Counted from the first letter of the stretch, positions 38,789-52,340 are shown. The stretch is DNA of 64,000 bases from Octopus sinensis (GCF_006345805.1 NC_042997.1:157976001-158040000), one strand, 5' to 3'. Notes: generated by a model from the letters alone, not told the origin. A program made the numbers and translations.

Positions 38789-40906
38789 TGGGAGAGAAGG
38801 GTTTACGAATCCAAGATGGACAGATAATCAAGTCCTACCTCTGGTCCCATGCTGTAGTGCTGACAGGGAAAGTGATGTGAGGGCAAATCGAAATGGAGTT
38901 GATACCCCCGTCAACGATGCTATCTCTGATGCCCTTTATTCTGCTTGTTCCCCAACTCCCGCCCCTCAGACTTCACAGCTCAGCATCCTCTACACCAACT
39001 CGTGCTCCTTATTCCCAAAGTTCAGTGAACTATTTACACTGGCCCTACGCGACTCCCCTGATGTGATAGCTATCACCGAGACTTGGCTGACTCCAGCAGT
39101 AAAGGACTCAGAGATCCACCTGCAGGGCTACGTCCTTTTCAGATGTGACAGAGGAAAAAGGCGAGGTGGAGGTGTTGCTGTGTATGTTAGGTCTCAGCAC
39201 AAACCGTCCTGCGGTATTCTACCCACAAATGCTCAACCTACAACCAAATTCGATGCCGTCTATTGCAAGCTGAGCCTATCTGAGTTTTGCCTGCCCGTGT
39301 TGGCTGTCTACAGGCCGCCTTTGCCGACCCCCAGGACGATGCTCATCTACTCGAAGCGATAAGATTCGTTTCAGCTTCGCATGACTGCTTGGTACTAGGC
39401 GACTTCAACGCTCCCACGATCGATTGGCCCGCATCAATTTGTACAACACCTTCCCGGTTCGGCCAGGCCCTTCTTAACGTGGCTGAAGATTGTTTTCTCT
39501 CGCAACATGTTGAATATCCGACAAGGCATCGGTCTGGGCAGCAGCCATCTATGCTAGATCTGGTATTCTCCCGCTATCCAAGATCAGTGTCAGACGTATC
39601 TGTGTGCGCCCCTCTTGCCAAGAGTGATCATGCGGTCCTGAAGTTCGTCATGCACACAACTTTTTCCACGCCCACGATTACTTCGCTGCCACGTAGAGTC
39701 TTCTCTGCAATTAATCTTGAAATTCTAACCGAGGCTTCCGCGCTTCTGGACTGGCGTTCCCTGATGACGTTGTCCTCAGTTGACGAACTATGGTCATCCC
39801 CCAAAGCATATGTAATCTGTTTGACTGACCAGGCAAGTTCCCGTTGGACTTCCCAAGAGGAAGAAACACAAGCCCTGGGTGACGAAGAAGGTTAAACGAG
39901 AACGTCGACTCAGAGATATTGCTTGGGCTGAATTCAAAAATCTGGATTCGACTGCAGCTTTTGAGGTGTACAAAACTCAACGAGACCGAGCCGTGAAAAT
40001 TGAAAAGAAAGAACGCTTCAGTTATGAATACAAAATCGCGGCAAATGCCAGTAGCAATCCAAAAACCTTCTTTGCCCATGTCCAGCGGAATTCCCGCTTG
40101 AACAACCAGATTGCAACGTTGGTAGACTCAACAGGCGTATCGATTGAGGACCCTTATCAACAGAGTCAATTATTTGCCGGGGCTTTTTCAACTATTTTCA
40201 AACAAGATGATGGTCGTGAACCCCCTCCATTTGATTGATCGGTACCTCCAATGCTTCGATTGATCATCACGCGGGACCAAGTCAAAGTGTTATTCAAGGC
40301 CTCGATGTCAACAAGGGTCACGGCCCTGACGGCATACACCCACAGGTTATCAAAGCGTTGGCTCCGGTCATCTGCGAGCCCTTAACACGACTATTCAATA
40401 TGTCATTGGCGACGGGTGTTATACCTGCAGACTGGAGAACAGCGATAATCTGCCCAATTTTCAAGAAAGGGAGCCGCGAAGACCCGCTTAACTACCGACC
40501 GGTTTCCCTTACATCAATAATCAGCAAGATGTTCGAAACCATCCTTAAGAAAAGTATGATGCTCCACCTCCTAAACACAGCCTCGATCACTGATTCCCAA
40601 CACGGCTTCGTGCCGAAGAGATCATGCTTGACCCACTTACTAGTAATGGAAGAATTGGTGACGCGCATCCTCGATGATAGTGATGCTGTTGACATCGTTT
40701 TATTTGACTTTTCCAAAGCTTTTGACTCAGTAAACCACCGCCTACTACTTGTCAAGCTTCAAGCATATAGTTTCCATCCGGATATTGTACGATGGGTTGG
40801 TGCCTTCCTCTCAGATCGCTCCTTCCAAGTTCAAGTTAATGGTTCGCGGTCCGACGTCTCCAGTGCGAGCAGTGGCGTGCCTCAAGGTTCAGTGCTTGGG
40901 CCCTTG
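38789..40906 (+). mobile_element. CR1-like LINE fragment (ORF1 tail, APE endonuclease, N-terminal half of RT), frameshifted and truncated at both ends
   Basis: ORF1 end GEKGLRIQDGQIIK. APE: PDVIAITETWL, RCDR..RGGGVAVYV, YRPP, GDFNAP, PTR, LDLV, SDH. RT: GPDGI, NYRPVSLTS, QHGF, DFSKAFDSVNH, SGVPQGSVLGPL. It stops before YADD. Confidence 0.95.
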
Positions 40907-40909
40907 GCA

Positions 40910-41256
40910 TCGAAGCCACTTGTGAACCAAAATCTTCTGTTTTATTATAAATGTCAGTACATATTTCAGTAATATCCTTAATGACTAAATTGACATCTGA
41001 ATAATTACTATTTCCTATATTGTTGCCATTTCTGGTGGCTATAAGCTCACTAGGGTATATTTTACTGAGTAAAAACTCAAAGAAACCATAATTATGTATA
41101 AATATATCTTCTATGTATCTGCAGCATCCATCAAGTTCTTTAAGTAAACCCATCTATTTCCTGGCATGAAGAAAGATAAAGGTCCACCAATAGGGGGCTA
41201 TAATTGCCACCTATTGGAATTCCCCTAACCTTCTCAAATACCCTACCCGCAAACAT
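40910..41256 (-). pseudogene. PLE reverse transcriptase fragment, Naiad/Chlamys-like motifs
   Basis: MFAGRVFEKVRGIPIGGNYSPLLVDLYLSSCQ, then after a frameshift CRYIEDIFIHN...KIYPSEL...TDIYNKTEDFG. Compare GIPMGxNxxPLLADL, RYIDD, IYPxEL, YxKxDDF. Confidence 0.85.
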
Positions 41257-41520
41257 TTACAAACGAAGTATATATGTATGCAATTAAGTGTTTGTATGTA
41301 TGTGTATGTTTATCTGTCTATACATACACACACTCACACATACACACACATACACACAAATACGCAAGCACTCACACGCAAGCACACATACTCACCCATA
41401 CAAACGCATGCAAACACACATACACGCACATGCGAATACACTCACACGCACACACACGCGAACGCACACACAAACACGCACATATACACACATGCACACA
41501 CGCGCAACGCATACCGACGC

Positions 41521-41600
41521 GCACACGCATACACACACTCGCACACGCATACACACACTCGCACACGCATACACACACTCGCACACGCATACACACACTC
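41521..41600. repeat. 20-bp minisatellite GCACACGCATACACACACTC x4 within a CA-rich tract
   Basis: Four perfect copies seen directly. Confidence 0.95.
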
Positions 41601-42469
41601 GCACACTCATATGTATATGTATATATACATTATATATATATATGTATATATAATTATATATGCGCATACATCTTTATGTGTATAAAAATATATTTACATA
41701 TTTGCGTGTATACGTATTTATATACAAAGCCACATACATATAAACATATGAATATACATAATTCTTATGTATATATATATACAAACATACTTGCATACAC
41801 ACACATATACGCTCATGCACTCATACATACACATATAATAAGTTATATAATTGACTAAGAATGTTCTTAGATCTAGAGAGATATGCGCAACATGATAAAT
41901 ATGTAATGTCACCAGGAAATAAATTTTGCTGTAAAAACAATGTGATGTCTTTTGAATATAAAACATGTACATAAAATATTTTAGATTGTGGAAAGTGATA
42001 AATTAAATAAATTACAATTTCTGTAATATCAGATGGACTTTATATAATTGCTTAGACTCTGGAACTATATAGAATTTTGAAAGTTCTCGATACTGAAACT
42101 TTCAGTTAAAATTGCCTAGTTTTGCTAATATAATAAAGTATAAAGTACAGGAAATAGCACCGTAACTTTACAGTTCTTGTGTCTAATTTATCCCCGAGAT
42201 ACTGGTTCAGATAATGTTTTTATGTTATGCATCCAATTATACTCGTATAATTATCTACAACACTTATACAGGAAAAATAACTTATTCTTCATAGCCAATC
42301 TATTAGTGGCAAAGTGAAGATTTGTAAGACATTCCATAAATGCATACACTTGGGTGAATGCATCGACAGTTAAATCAGCACACCAACTCAACCACATAAT
42401 TACAGACAACGGGTATTCTCTTAACTCAAAAAGTCTTGTAACATTGTTAGCAACTAACTTGAACTCTCT

Positions 42470-43800
42470 TAAGAGACTTTAAAAACGTAGGCCTTAGTAT
42501 TTCCATCTGTAACAATCTTAAAACAGCTAATTTCTTAGACATCACTGTAGTTTTATAAAACCAAACCTATCCATACAACAAACCTAGCGAAAACCTCAAC
42601 TACATCAACTTTTCCTCTAACCACCCACCATCCGTTCTAAAATCTGTTGTAGAGAGCGTATCCAACTAGATTTCCTCACTGTCCGCCAATAAGGAAATAT
42701 TTTACCAATACCTCGAATATTATATTGGTGCTCTTCAATGCGCCGTTTATAAAAAATTCATCGAATACATTTAATCGAATAAGCCTCTTTCCACTAAACC
42801 CAGAACCAAGAACAGTTCCACCCCACCCAAACAGAGCATTAAATATCCCCCATAAATCTCTGATTATCCTTCAAAATTTCAAAGTAATAGACGACCTAAA
42901 AGACAATCCTCCCATCAGATAATCCCAAACCCTAAATATGTCACCACCCACTGAAATCGACATTAGCCCGCGCCTCCAAAGCTCTGTCCACACTCCAATA
43001 ACCCCTGTAGTCGGAATAAGCGAACAAGAATCCGTGACGCTCTCTGGTTCCACCAAACATCACTCTTAATCTTTGGACCCGGGTACCCAAACTCTTCACT
43101 TTACTTTAAAAAAACATTTCCCTAAATGCAGCCCACGTAGAAAAATCTTTAACCCCAATCTACAAAATTGACTTACTCCACCACCACCACCACCACCACC
43201 ACCATCACCACCAACAGTGCCTTAGTAATCCGACATCTTAACAAGAAGAAATTCAGAAGCCCACAACTAGTTAACATTCACCCTAATAGCATAACTCACC
43301 ATATCTTCCAGCTCCATGCATATAAATCCAGAACACAAATAAGCCCCCTTACCAACACTAACTCTCAAATTTCCTACCATAATTCCATTACTAACGTCGA
43401 ATCCTTAAACCTACCTCACGACATAACCATATCTCACACAGAAACTTACCAACACATACGCCTACATGTACCTCTACTGGATCATACAGTACACACACGC
43501 GCGCTCAACAATATATACTCCTTAATTCTCAGATTTTAGTAATTACTATCATAGCTCCACCTCTCTAGACTTTCAATTTCGTTACTATACCATCTCTCTA
43601 AGCATAAAAGTTTTCCTCCCTTCGAATACAAATAATTTTTACCCCACCCTCCCTTTTATCTACACTATTCTAATCAAATATCATTCCCAATTCCTATCTC
43701 TCTGGCTCAGCCTAAATGGCCCTGTTGAAAACCGTCTGAGAAATGACAGCGCTTAAAATCTTTAGTTGTAAACTCTCTCACTCCCTTATATATATTTTCT
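42470..43800 (+). mobile_element. Decayed PLE (RT C-terminus, linker, 3' region)
   Basis: FKNVGLSISICNNLKTANFLDIT, PYNKPSENLNYINFSSNHPPSVLKS, ISSLSANKEIF, LWFH, RKIFNP. Right boundary uncertain. Confidence 0.8.
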
Positions 43801-43984
43801 TTGTTCTTCCTTAGATTCTTAATTTCTCTTTACAATTATATTCTCCACTCAAACTGTGCTTTCTGCGCATTCTGATTGAATCCTCTGTATACTAACATAG
43901 GCCTCCTAACGACAAGTTAAAGCTTCCGAGGTTCCGTTCACTATGAAGCATATATAACTCGGACTTCACTCTATTCCTTAACTC

Positions 43985-44192
43985 GTGTGTGTGCGTGACA
44001 AACAGTGTTGAAAACCAGCGTTGGTGTGTTTGCGTCCCCATAGCGTACGGGGACCGAGAAAATAAATACTATTCTGAAAAAAATAGTCTTGGTTCGTGAG
44101 TGTGGGGGTGGGGAGTCCGTTTAATCGACTAAAAATTCAAGCCGGTGCCCCAGGATGGCTGCAGTCCAATGACTGAAACAAGTAAAAGATAA
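43985..44192 (+). mobile_element. Degenerate SINE 3' half (family of 5122)
   Basis: GTTGGTGTGTTTGCGTCCCCATAGC...GGTGCCCCAGGATGGCTGCAGTCCAATGACTGAAACAAGTAAAAGA. Confidence 0.85.
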
Positions 44193-44462
44193 AGTGTCAT
44201 TGCAAAAATTCAATATATATCCCTAACAAGAGAAAAGAAAAACTCTCCAAGTTTAAACTCTGGAAATACAGATAAACAGCCGATGAGCTGGAGTTAATAC
44301 ATCATCAATATTCTTAATAATAGCTGTTTTCGGAATGATCAAAATGAAGATATATACAAATATATAACGAAAATCGTAGACTTCAACATTTTTACTAAGA
44401 TCAGAAAATATCTCTAGACACTGTACACATATTATACATAGGACATTCACTGCAATGGAAAA

Positions 44463-44518
44463 GCACACACATACACACACATACACACACACACATACAC
44501 ACACAAACACACACGCAT

Positions 44519-44555
<37 letters not shown>

Positions 44556-44660
44556 GCACATACAAAGCACAAATTTGAGCCAAAAATCAAGCAATAACAA
44601 TAAACCAGTGAAAAGATTGTGATGATAATAATGATAACAACAACAACAATGATAATGATA

Positions 44661-44707
<47 letters not shown>

Positions 44708-44711
44708 ATTG

Positions 44712-44750
<39 letters not shown>

Positions 44751-44807
44751 CATAAGGATCCTGAAAATAAAAATAAACACTACTACTACTACTTATAGTA
44801 TTAATAC

Positions 44808-44842
<35 letters not shown>

Positions 44843-44885
44843 TAATACTTATGATAGTAATAATAATAATGATAATAATAAATAG
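44463..44885. repeat. Compound microsatellite (CA)n, (GAT)n, (TAT)n, (AAT)n
   Basis: Seen directly. Confidence 0.9.
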
Positions 44886-45354
44886 TAAGCTCAAATACAG
44901 ATTGTGTATGGCGTTGAAAACAATAATTAAGTGCTATTCATTTGTAATCTCTTAGAATTTTATCAGACTTGCATCTCTGTGAAAGGAATGGTGGTGGTTG
45001 TGGCTTTAAGAGACTGAATTTACTTTCTTCTTTTTGTAAATATTTATTTCGCTGCTTATCAACAATGACCTCATTAACAAGTTAAATTAATAACTATTAT
45101 AAGCATATAGACCTTCTTACACAAATACCAACACACACACACACATGTTCCACCACACACATACAAACCTACATACATATAGGTATGAAGGTGTGTGTGT
45201 GTACAATTGTTATATTACCTTTATGCTAGAATGAGAAACATTATTCTGAAACGTCATTCCGATTAATATTTAGCCTATTTTTAATGATTTTAATGCTAGA
45301 TTCGTGTTTCTGTTATCCTTCACTTTGCATTTTGTAGGTTTTTCAAGTACCAAC

Positions 45355-45403
<49 letters not shown>

Positions 45404-45829
45404 TATATGTATGTATGTTTGTATGTATGTATGTATGTATGTATGTATATATGCATGCATGCATGCATGTATGCATGTATGCATGTATTTATGTATGAAT
45501 GTATGTATGTTTGACTGTATGTATGCATGTATGTATATGTGTATGTATGGATGTATGTATGTATGTATGTATGTATGTATGTATGTATGCTTATATGTAT
45601 GTATGTATGTACCTGTGTATGTTCCCTTCCGTTTTTCATTATTGAAATTCTTCCTTTGAGGAAGGAGCTGGTTTCTAACAAAGATACAAAGCTCCATCTT
45701 GGGAATAATGATAAGATAAAAAAAAAGAAACAAAACAAAACACATTTTAGCCTTGTGCAAAATCTTGTATATGTTTTTACAGATAGTATTCGTAATGTAC
45801 GAATTATGTAACTGATATCTTTGTCTGAA

Positions 45830-46790
45830 AGCCCTACCTTATCCAGATTATCACTTAGTCATTTACTCCCCAAACCGAGCTCACCAATTGTTATCGACAT
45901 AAATGTGAATTCATAACCTGGCCGTTTCGAAGTAGTTGTCCATAATTATCCTCTTTCTCTTTGAATTTCAAAGAGATATTCACATCAATAGGACAACTGA
46001 CCTTTATGACAGTACACACTTTTACTTGCTGCCCCAATCAAACAATATACAGTGTGTTATGTTTACACTTGACATATGATTTGATGGGAATGTTCCATTG
46101 GTATTCCTTGGTAAGTATTCAAGAACGCGTTGATTCTCAATATATATTTTAGTTCAGTCTTTTTTTCGAATGACATTGTATATTGTTTTTGTGTCAATGT
46201 CGTGTCGCATATGGACGGAGAACCTTTGGATATTTGGGGACAGCTGCTAATCAAATGTATGATATCTACAGAAACATGACATATTCTAAATTTTTGTTTG
46301 CATTTTAGAGTTCCAAGGGCTTTACTGTCTCTTTTGTTTGTTTGGTATTTCGTAGCAGTTCCCTATTCTTGCATTGCAAACGCATATCAGTCACTCGTCC
46401 AAGAAAAGCTTCGTTTGAGGTTGATGATTCTGTCTTCGTCAAGCATTCGAAAAACTTACCCATGCATGGTCAATTTTTGCAATGCTAAGCGTTTCACATC
46501 CAATACTTTTTGAGGTATATTACTCCGCCTGTTTTGGGGTTGTATAGGAAGTCTTCAAGACGATCTTACTTTCCATGGAGCTCCCTGCCGATACGCAATA
46601 TACTGTTCTGTTCACTTTTCAGCATGTATTTTCGCTGTTGTTGATTAGAAGGCGATGTCTGAGAGACTATACGACATTCGAAGGTTTTCTACACTGATCT
46701 CAAACCTCTACCTCCTTTGTTTCTTCTCATGTAGGGCTTGTCGATATCACTACTTTGGGGGATATTTCATATTTCAAGAGAAAATCAGTC
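45830..46790 (-). mobile_element. R4/Dong-like RLE non-LTR retrotransposon, C-terminal remnant
   Basis: SDIDKPYMRRNKGGRGLRSV, YAFAMQE, CCHC-knuckle remnant DIIHLISSCPQIS, and restriction-like endonuclease EYQWNIPIKS..KCKHN...VCTVIKVSCPIDVNISLKFKEKEDNYGQLLRN. Confidence 0.85.
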
Positions 46791-47330
46791 ACCAGTGATA
46801 TAGGTCCGTTGTATATGAATTCATTATCTGCAAGAGTATTAGCTTAAAACAGCAATCTTCGTATCATACTTAATGGAGATACATCATGGAACGCTTGATA
46901 TATTACACATATTGCTATTTGAAACTAACATCGGATACCTGAAATTCCAACCGAGATTCGGTTAAAGAGAAAGATACAAAATCATAGTGTAAGATTTAAA
47001 CATGTCACATATAATAGATTATACTTATAATGTAGGCATTGAAATTGAACACCAGGCAAACAAAACACGGTATAATTAGGAATGGATGGGTTGAATCGTT
47101 TAAAGTGACCCTAATATTTGACTGATACTTCATTTCATCGGGAGGAAAGGCAAAACTGACCAGTGGAATTTGGACAAGAAAAGTAAAAACCAGAACAAAT
47201 ACCATTATATCTGATGCTTTATCAATACTGTAAACCCACTGTCCTAAAGGTAAAAGAAGCACATGACAATGTCAATATACATATCACTACCAGTCTCATC
47301 AGCATCTCACCAGCTACAACTATAATATGT

Positions 47331-47363
<33 letters not shown>

Positions 47364-47413
47364 AACACACATGCACATAGAAATTACTAGAGGATACTTG
47401 GATATATTCAACA

Positions 47414-48155
47414 CATAACGGTTGCAAACCTTCACAGACAGATGATATTGAAACGGTCATTGTCTAAATCGAAGATCCACAGGTCAACTTATAATATAAA
47501 TACTTAGGGTTTGGCATTGATATTATAGAGCAGGAAAATTTTCCGCCTTGTTTGTCTTTTTATTGGATCAGTTCCTTTCTATCCAGTTTTCGCTATGGGT
47601 ATATTTTTCTTATTTTTCCTTACGTATTTTCTTTATTTTATATATTGATACGAATAGCCTCACATAAGTTTAGTTTAAATCTTTATCAATTCACAACAAA
47701 ACAACAATATTCCACATAACAAAGAGAAAAATCAACAACAAGCAATAGAAAGCGGACCAAAGATACACACTTTGAAATAAAATGGATATTTGAAAAGTTT
47801 ACGACCACATTTTTTCTAAAATCACCGCAATACACTTTGGAAAAATTACAACACGCTGGCTAGTAAACAACTTTCCAGGTCACCCAGCCTTTTTCCTTAA
47901 ATTCATAAAGTAATCATATGATGGAGAATAATTGGCCATAACGGTTGCAAACCTTAACTGACAGATGATAGTGAAGCAATGATTGTCTAAATCGAAGATC
48001 CACAGACCAACTTATAATTTGGTATTGGTAGTATTATATAACTAGTAAATTTTCCGCATTATTACTATTTTTTTTTGGCACAGTTCCTTTCTATCCAGTT
48101 TTCACTATGGGTATTTTTCACATTATGTATTTTCCTTATGTATTTTCTTTATTTC
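47414..48155. repeat. Diverged direct repeat, about 220 bp (47414-47640 and 47937-48155)
   Basis: CATAACGGTTGCAAACCTT.AC.GACAGATGATA...TTGTCTAAATCGAAGATCCACAG...CAGTTCCTTTCTATCCAGTTTTC.CTATGGGTAT occurs twice. Confidence 0.9.
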
Positions 48156-49241
48156 ATTTGTCCCAGATGACGCTATCTGATATTTTCTTCCTAAATTATT
48201 TTTCTGTTTGTAACTTAGCTTCATATTTTCCAGCTGGAGATCAACAGCGTCAGATTCACCTGCCTAAAAAGTCCGCAAAGGTTAATGGAACACATCATTC
48301 TAATTTCATTACCTTAAAATAGTTGTTTATAATACTGAAGTGCTATTTAGGTCTTCTATTTTGGTTTCAGAGAGTTGATACATTATTTTTGGAATGCTGT
48401 GCTTATGTTCATTGTTTCCAATATCCAAAACAATGGTATATTGTGAAAGTATTCTGATAATTAATCCGTGCCATACTTACATTATTGTTCTTCGTTTTGC
48501 TGATTTAAAATGATACTTGTTACAAAAATAGTCTTTATTTTTGTACATTTGATCTAATGGCAAATTTCATTGTTTTGCAGGAAGCACTCTACCTACTTGA
48601 GAATACGCAGCCATCAGAGTTTTGAATATTTATGGAAAAACAGATTAGTGTCCTGTAATTTTTGAGACCCTGGTATATTTGTTTACGGAAATTTGTATGG
48701 TATTCTTCAGTGGTAATCCATTAGTTATTGTTTATTGTATTTTCAGTTAATTAATTGCTGTTGCTGCTGCAGTATTATATATAGAGATTAAGCAGGTCTG
48801 TGCCAAGACTAGCTGTTGACTCAAACACCGCCCGGCAATGGTATTCCATCGATGTTTCCTTGTATGATAATTACAAAGTATGAAATAAATCATTCAAAGT
48901 TCAGCCTTTCCCCACTGCAGACCCAATAACGATATTAAATGCAACTTGTATTTAAAAAAATAATAATTTATTTAAGCCTGAACAGCATTAAGCAATATGA
49001 GTAAATTGCATAATTATAATTAAGTTAGCAGTAAATTTCTGGGGCCTGGTGTAACTATACAATTTGCACTATGGTAAAAAAAAAAGGTCCTGTGGTGCGT
49101 CTGTCTTTGGTGCCCTTATATTACATACCGGTTAATATGTGAGTATTCCTAAATTCTCTGATATTATGCTGGATCATGCATTTAAAGTCATCGTAGTTGT
49201 TTTCCCTTTTTGTTCCACGTCTGTTGTGTCTCTGTGTTGTA

Positions 49242-50095
49242 CGAGGTCTGATCAATAAGTATCCGGATTTGCCATAGTAACGAAGCTAATGTACTCGGTG
49301 TGAAACCGCAAGGCAAAAATTGATCTTGAACTCTGTTGTGCATGCACACTAAGTTTTATCGTTCTAGATCACATCTGCTGTTAACAGCAGTGCTTAGAAA
49401 GAAGGCGTGTAGCGTGTGATCGTTGCATTGACCATGACAGACAAAGTTATCATGATGATATCTGCTCTGAGGCCTACGCAAAGTTGCAGAAAGTGTATGG
49501 AGAGGTGTGTATGAGTTACATACAAGTGTACGAGTAGTTCAGACGTTTCCAAGATGGCCGAAAAATGTTGATTTTAACGAACGTTCGAGGAGACCCGCAA
49601 CCAGCAGAACTGAGAAAAACATCGCAGATCTGCGTGCAACTGTGAGGGGAAATCGTCAGCTCACCATCTGTGAGTTATAAGAGGATGTGCAGATTAGTTG
49701 CAGTTCAGTTCAGTTCATTATCACTGAAGATTTGGGCACGAGATTCATGTCTGCCAAGTTTGTGGCAAAACCGCTTTCAGCAGACCAAAAAACACTCGGG
49801 TTGCAGTTGCACAAAATCGCTTTGATTGTGTCGAAAAGTTTGCGTAGGCCACTGAGCAGGTAACGCCTAGCTATTGGAAAAATTTGATGCATTTCTCTGC
49901 TCAACTTTGTGCGACGATCACACGCTTTACACTTTCCTTCCATGCAATGCTGTCAACGGGAAGTGAGCTAGAACGTTCAAACTTTGTGTGCATGCACAAC
50001 AGAGTTCAACGTCAATCTTTGCCCAGCGGCTTAACTTCGCGTGCTTTAGCTTCGTTACTATAGCAACAGACCAGATACTTATTGATCAGATCACG
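49242..50095 (+). mobile_element. Non-autonomous mariner derivative with about 190-bp inverted ends and TA target duplications
   Basis: TA|CGAGGTCTGATCAATAAGTATC ... GATACTTATTGATCAGATCACG|TA. Internal EAYAKLQKVYGEVCMSYIQVYE*FRRFQDGRKNVDFNERSRRP...SAKFVAKPLSADQK is the mariner HTH region; no catalytic domain. Confidence 0.92.
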
Positions 50096-50099
50096 TACA

Positions 50100-51560
50100 C
50101 TTGGATCTACATAATTAAAAAATATGAAAGGGGTTCCCTTTCATATCGATATCTGGGCAAAACTTTCCAGTGTTTGTTTTTAAGCACTAACACATTTGGA
50201 AGTATCTTATCCAAAATACATTTCTCGGATTATTTGTATATTTTCCCCAATCCAGGATATATATTTAATTTTCTTGATATTGTTTCAACTTAAAATTAAA
50301 TCTTCTTTCCTGTTATTCTAATTAAATGCTCACATTTTTATTTCACTGAACAGGGATAAATGTTTTACATTTCGTCAATTCTATATACAAAATGTTCTGG
50401 TAATTTTGATAGATTTCGGTGAGGTTCTACTTACTCTATTCAGGTAGAACATGGTTTCCATAGATACTGCCATGAATAAAGAGTTTGAAAGGTTATTTCA
50501 TCTTTTCTTTCTTAGATGTACTTCTGTGTAAAAGATCCCTTGAAAATTCTGCTTTTGTTTCGTTAATATTTCCTGTAGATCTCTGTTTATCCATATCGTG
50601 GGGATGTACTTCCGTCCATCGATATTTATTGATTTTGTTGCATTGAGTTTAGCTATTATATATTGTTTCTTTCGCTTAGGCTTCCTTTACCCTTGACACT
50701 GCTTATTCAGGTTGAAAGTTCTGTATAGGAATGCTGTTTACTATCTGTGTTTGAGAGTATACATGTGGTTGAGTATTTACACACTTATTTCAATAGAGTC
50801 TTGTGCAGTTTTCATCTTTTCGATATTCGTTACTTCTCTGCCGTTTCTTTTATAATAACTTCTCTTGTTATGGTTATGGTAGTTTCTGTTGTGTTATTTT
50901 AAATGTGTTGTGAGGGTTCGCATGTTTTGTGTATTTTGGAGCTTGCTCCACTACTTCCGTTGCTTTATAAAACCTTATCTCTTTGCGTGTGGTTGGTTCT
51001 TTTGCTTAATTTCAATGTCTGTTGTTTGTGTGAGCTGTGAGTTTTTCTTTTACTATTTCTGATATCTCTTCATTGTTTATTACAAATAGCTGTACACTGG
51101 GTAATATACATTAGTTTAGTATTGTCTTGTATCTTGGTTTTACGTTCACCTTTATGGTGCTAGCGTGTAGTGGTACGGTATAAATGTGTAATATGCATGT
51201 GCAATTTATAAGTATTATTTATCGTTCCCTTGTTTCTTCTGTTTTATTTTGATGGACGTTTTCAATAGAAAGTTAGTTATTCTTGTTAGAGATAACCGTT
51301 TGAAAAATTCCCGCTCCTGAAACTCTTGCTGCATGTGCTTCTTAATGTGATTGCATTTAATACATTAAACTTATGTAGAATTCCTCATAAATCCTGAACC
51401 ATAGGATATTGTTTTTATTGATGTCTGTATAACTGACCGTGTTTGAAACTGTTTTGCATAAAGTTAGTTCCGTCTTAAATTCTCTCTATTTGTTCTCATT
51501 GAGTGTTGTTGTTCCGTTTTTCTATCTTATGACCACATGCTGCTATTTGTTATTATAAAC
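50100..51560 (-). mobile_element. Highly decayed LINE remnant, possibly the N-terminal part of the R4-like element
   Basis: T-rich strand bias typical of an antisense LINE ORF. Only weak motifs; RT-adjacent MKF..LDQCTK-like residue near 48510-48575. Confidence 0.35.
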
Positions 51561-51892
51561 AATATATAGGAGGCGAGTTGACAAAATCATTATAGCGTCT
51601 GAAAAATGCTTTATGATATTTGTCCCGACTCTTTACATACTGAGTTCAATTTTCAGAGAGGTTAACGTTACCTTTCATCCTTTCAGTGTCTATAAAATAA
51701 AGAACCAGTCAGGTACTGTAGTCGATGGAGTTAACCAGCCCCCTCCCTCAAAATTGTTGGTTTTGTGCCTTAATTTCGAAGCCGTTATAAACAATATTTG
51801 TGCAAAATCAATACAGTAAAAACATAAAACATGCATTAGTGTACCTTGTGCGTTCGATTAAAAGATTTGTGTACAACGTTTATTTTTAATCT

Positions 51893-52340
51893 TTTATGTT
51901 TTACTTGTTCCAGTCATTGAACTGTGGCCATGCTCAAATTTGGTCGAAAAAATTGACCGCAGTACTAATCTTTTAAGACAGATATTTATTCTAGCGATCT
52001 GTTTCGCCAAATCGTTAGGTTACAGAGATGTAAAGAAACCAACGCCAGTTGTCAAGGGGTGTTGAGTAACAAATATAAAATAAAGCATACGCACATATAC
52101 ATATTTGCACATTCTTTCTCTATCTCTCTCACAAATACACACACACGCGCACACACAACCACAAATATACATACACACATATATAAGACGGGTCCCCAAA
52201 CAGTTTCTATTTACCAAAATCACTTACATGGCATTGGCCGGTCTGGGGATATTGTAGAAGATACGTGTCTAAGGTACCACACAGTGTGCCTGGACTTGAA
52301 AACACTTTCGCAGAAAAGAAAGTCTCAGAGTTTCTTAAAG
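51893..52340 (-). mobile_element. Degenerate full-length SINE (family of 5122)
   Basis: TTTTACTTGTTCCAGTCATTGAACTGTGGCCATGCT...CAGTTTCTATTTACCAAAATCACT...TGTAGAAGATACG...ATACAGCCA. Confidence 0.8.

Noticed and set aside
41521-41600. Regular 20-bp repeats as a possible CRISPR array
   Set aside because: There are no spacers, the context is eukaryotic, and the unit derives from CA microsatellite.
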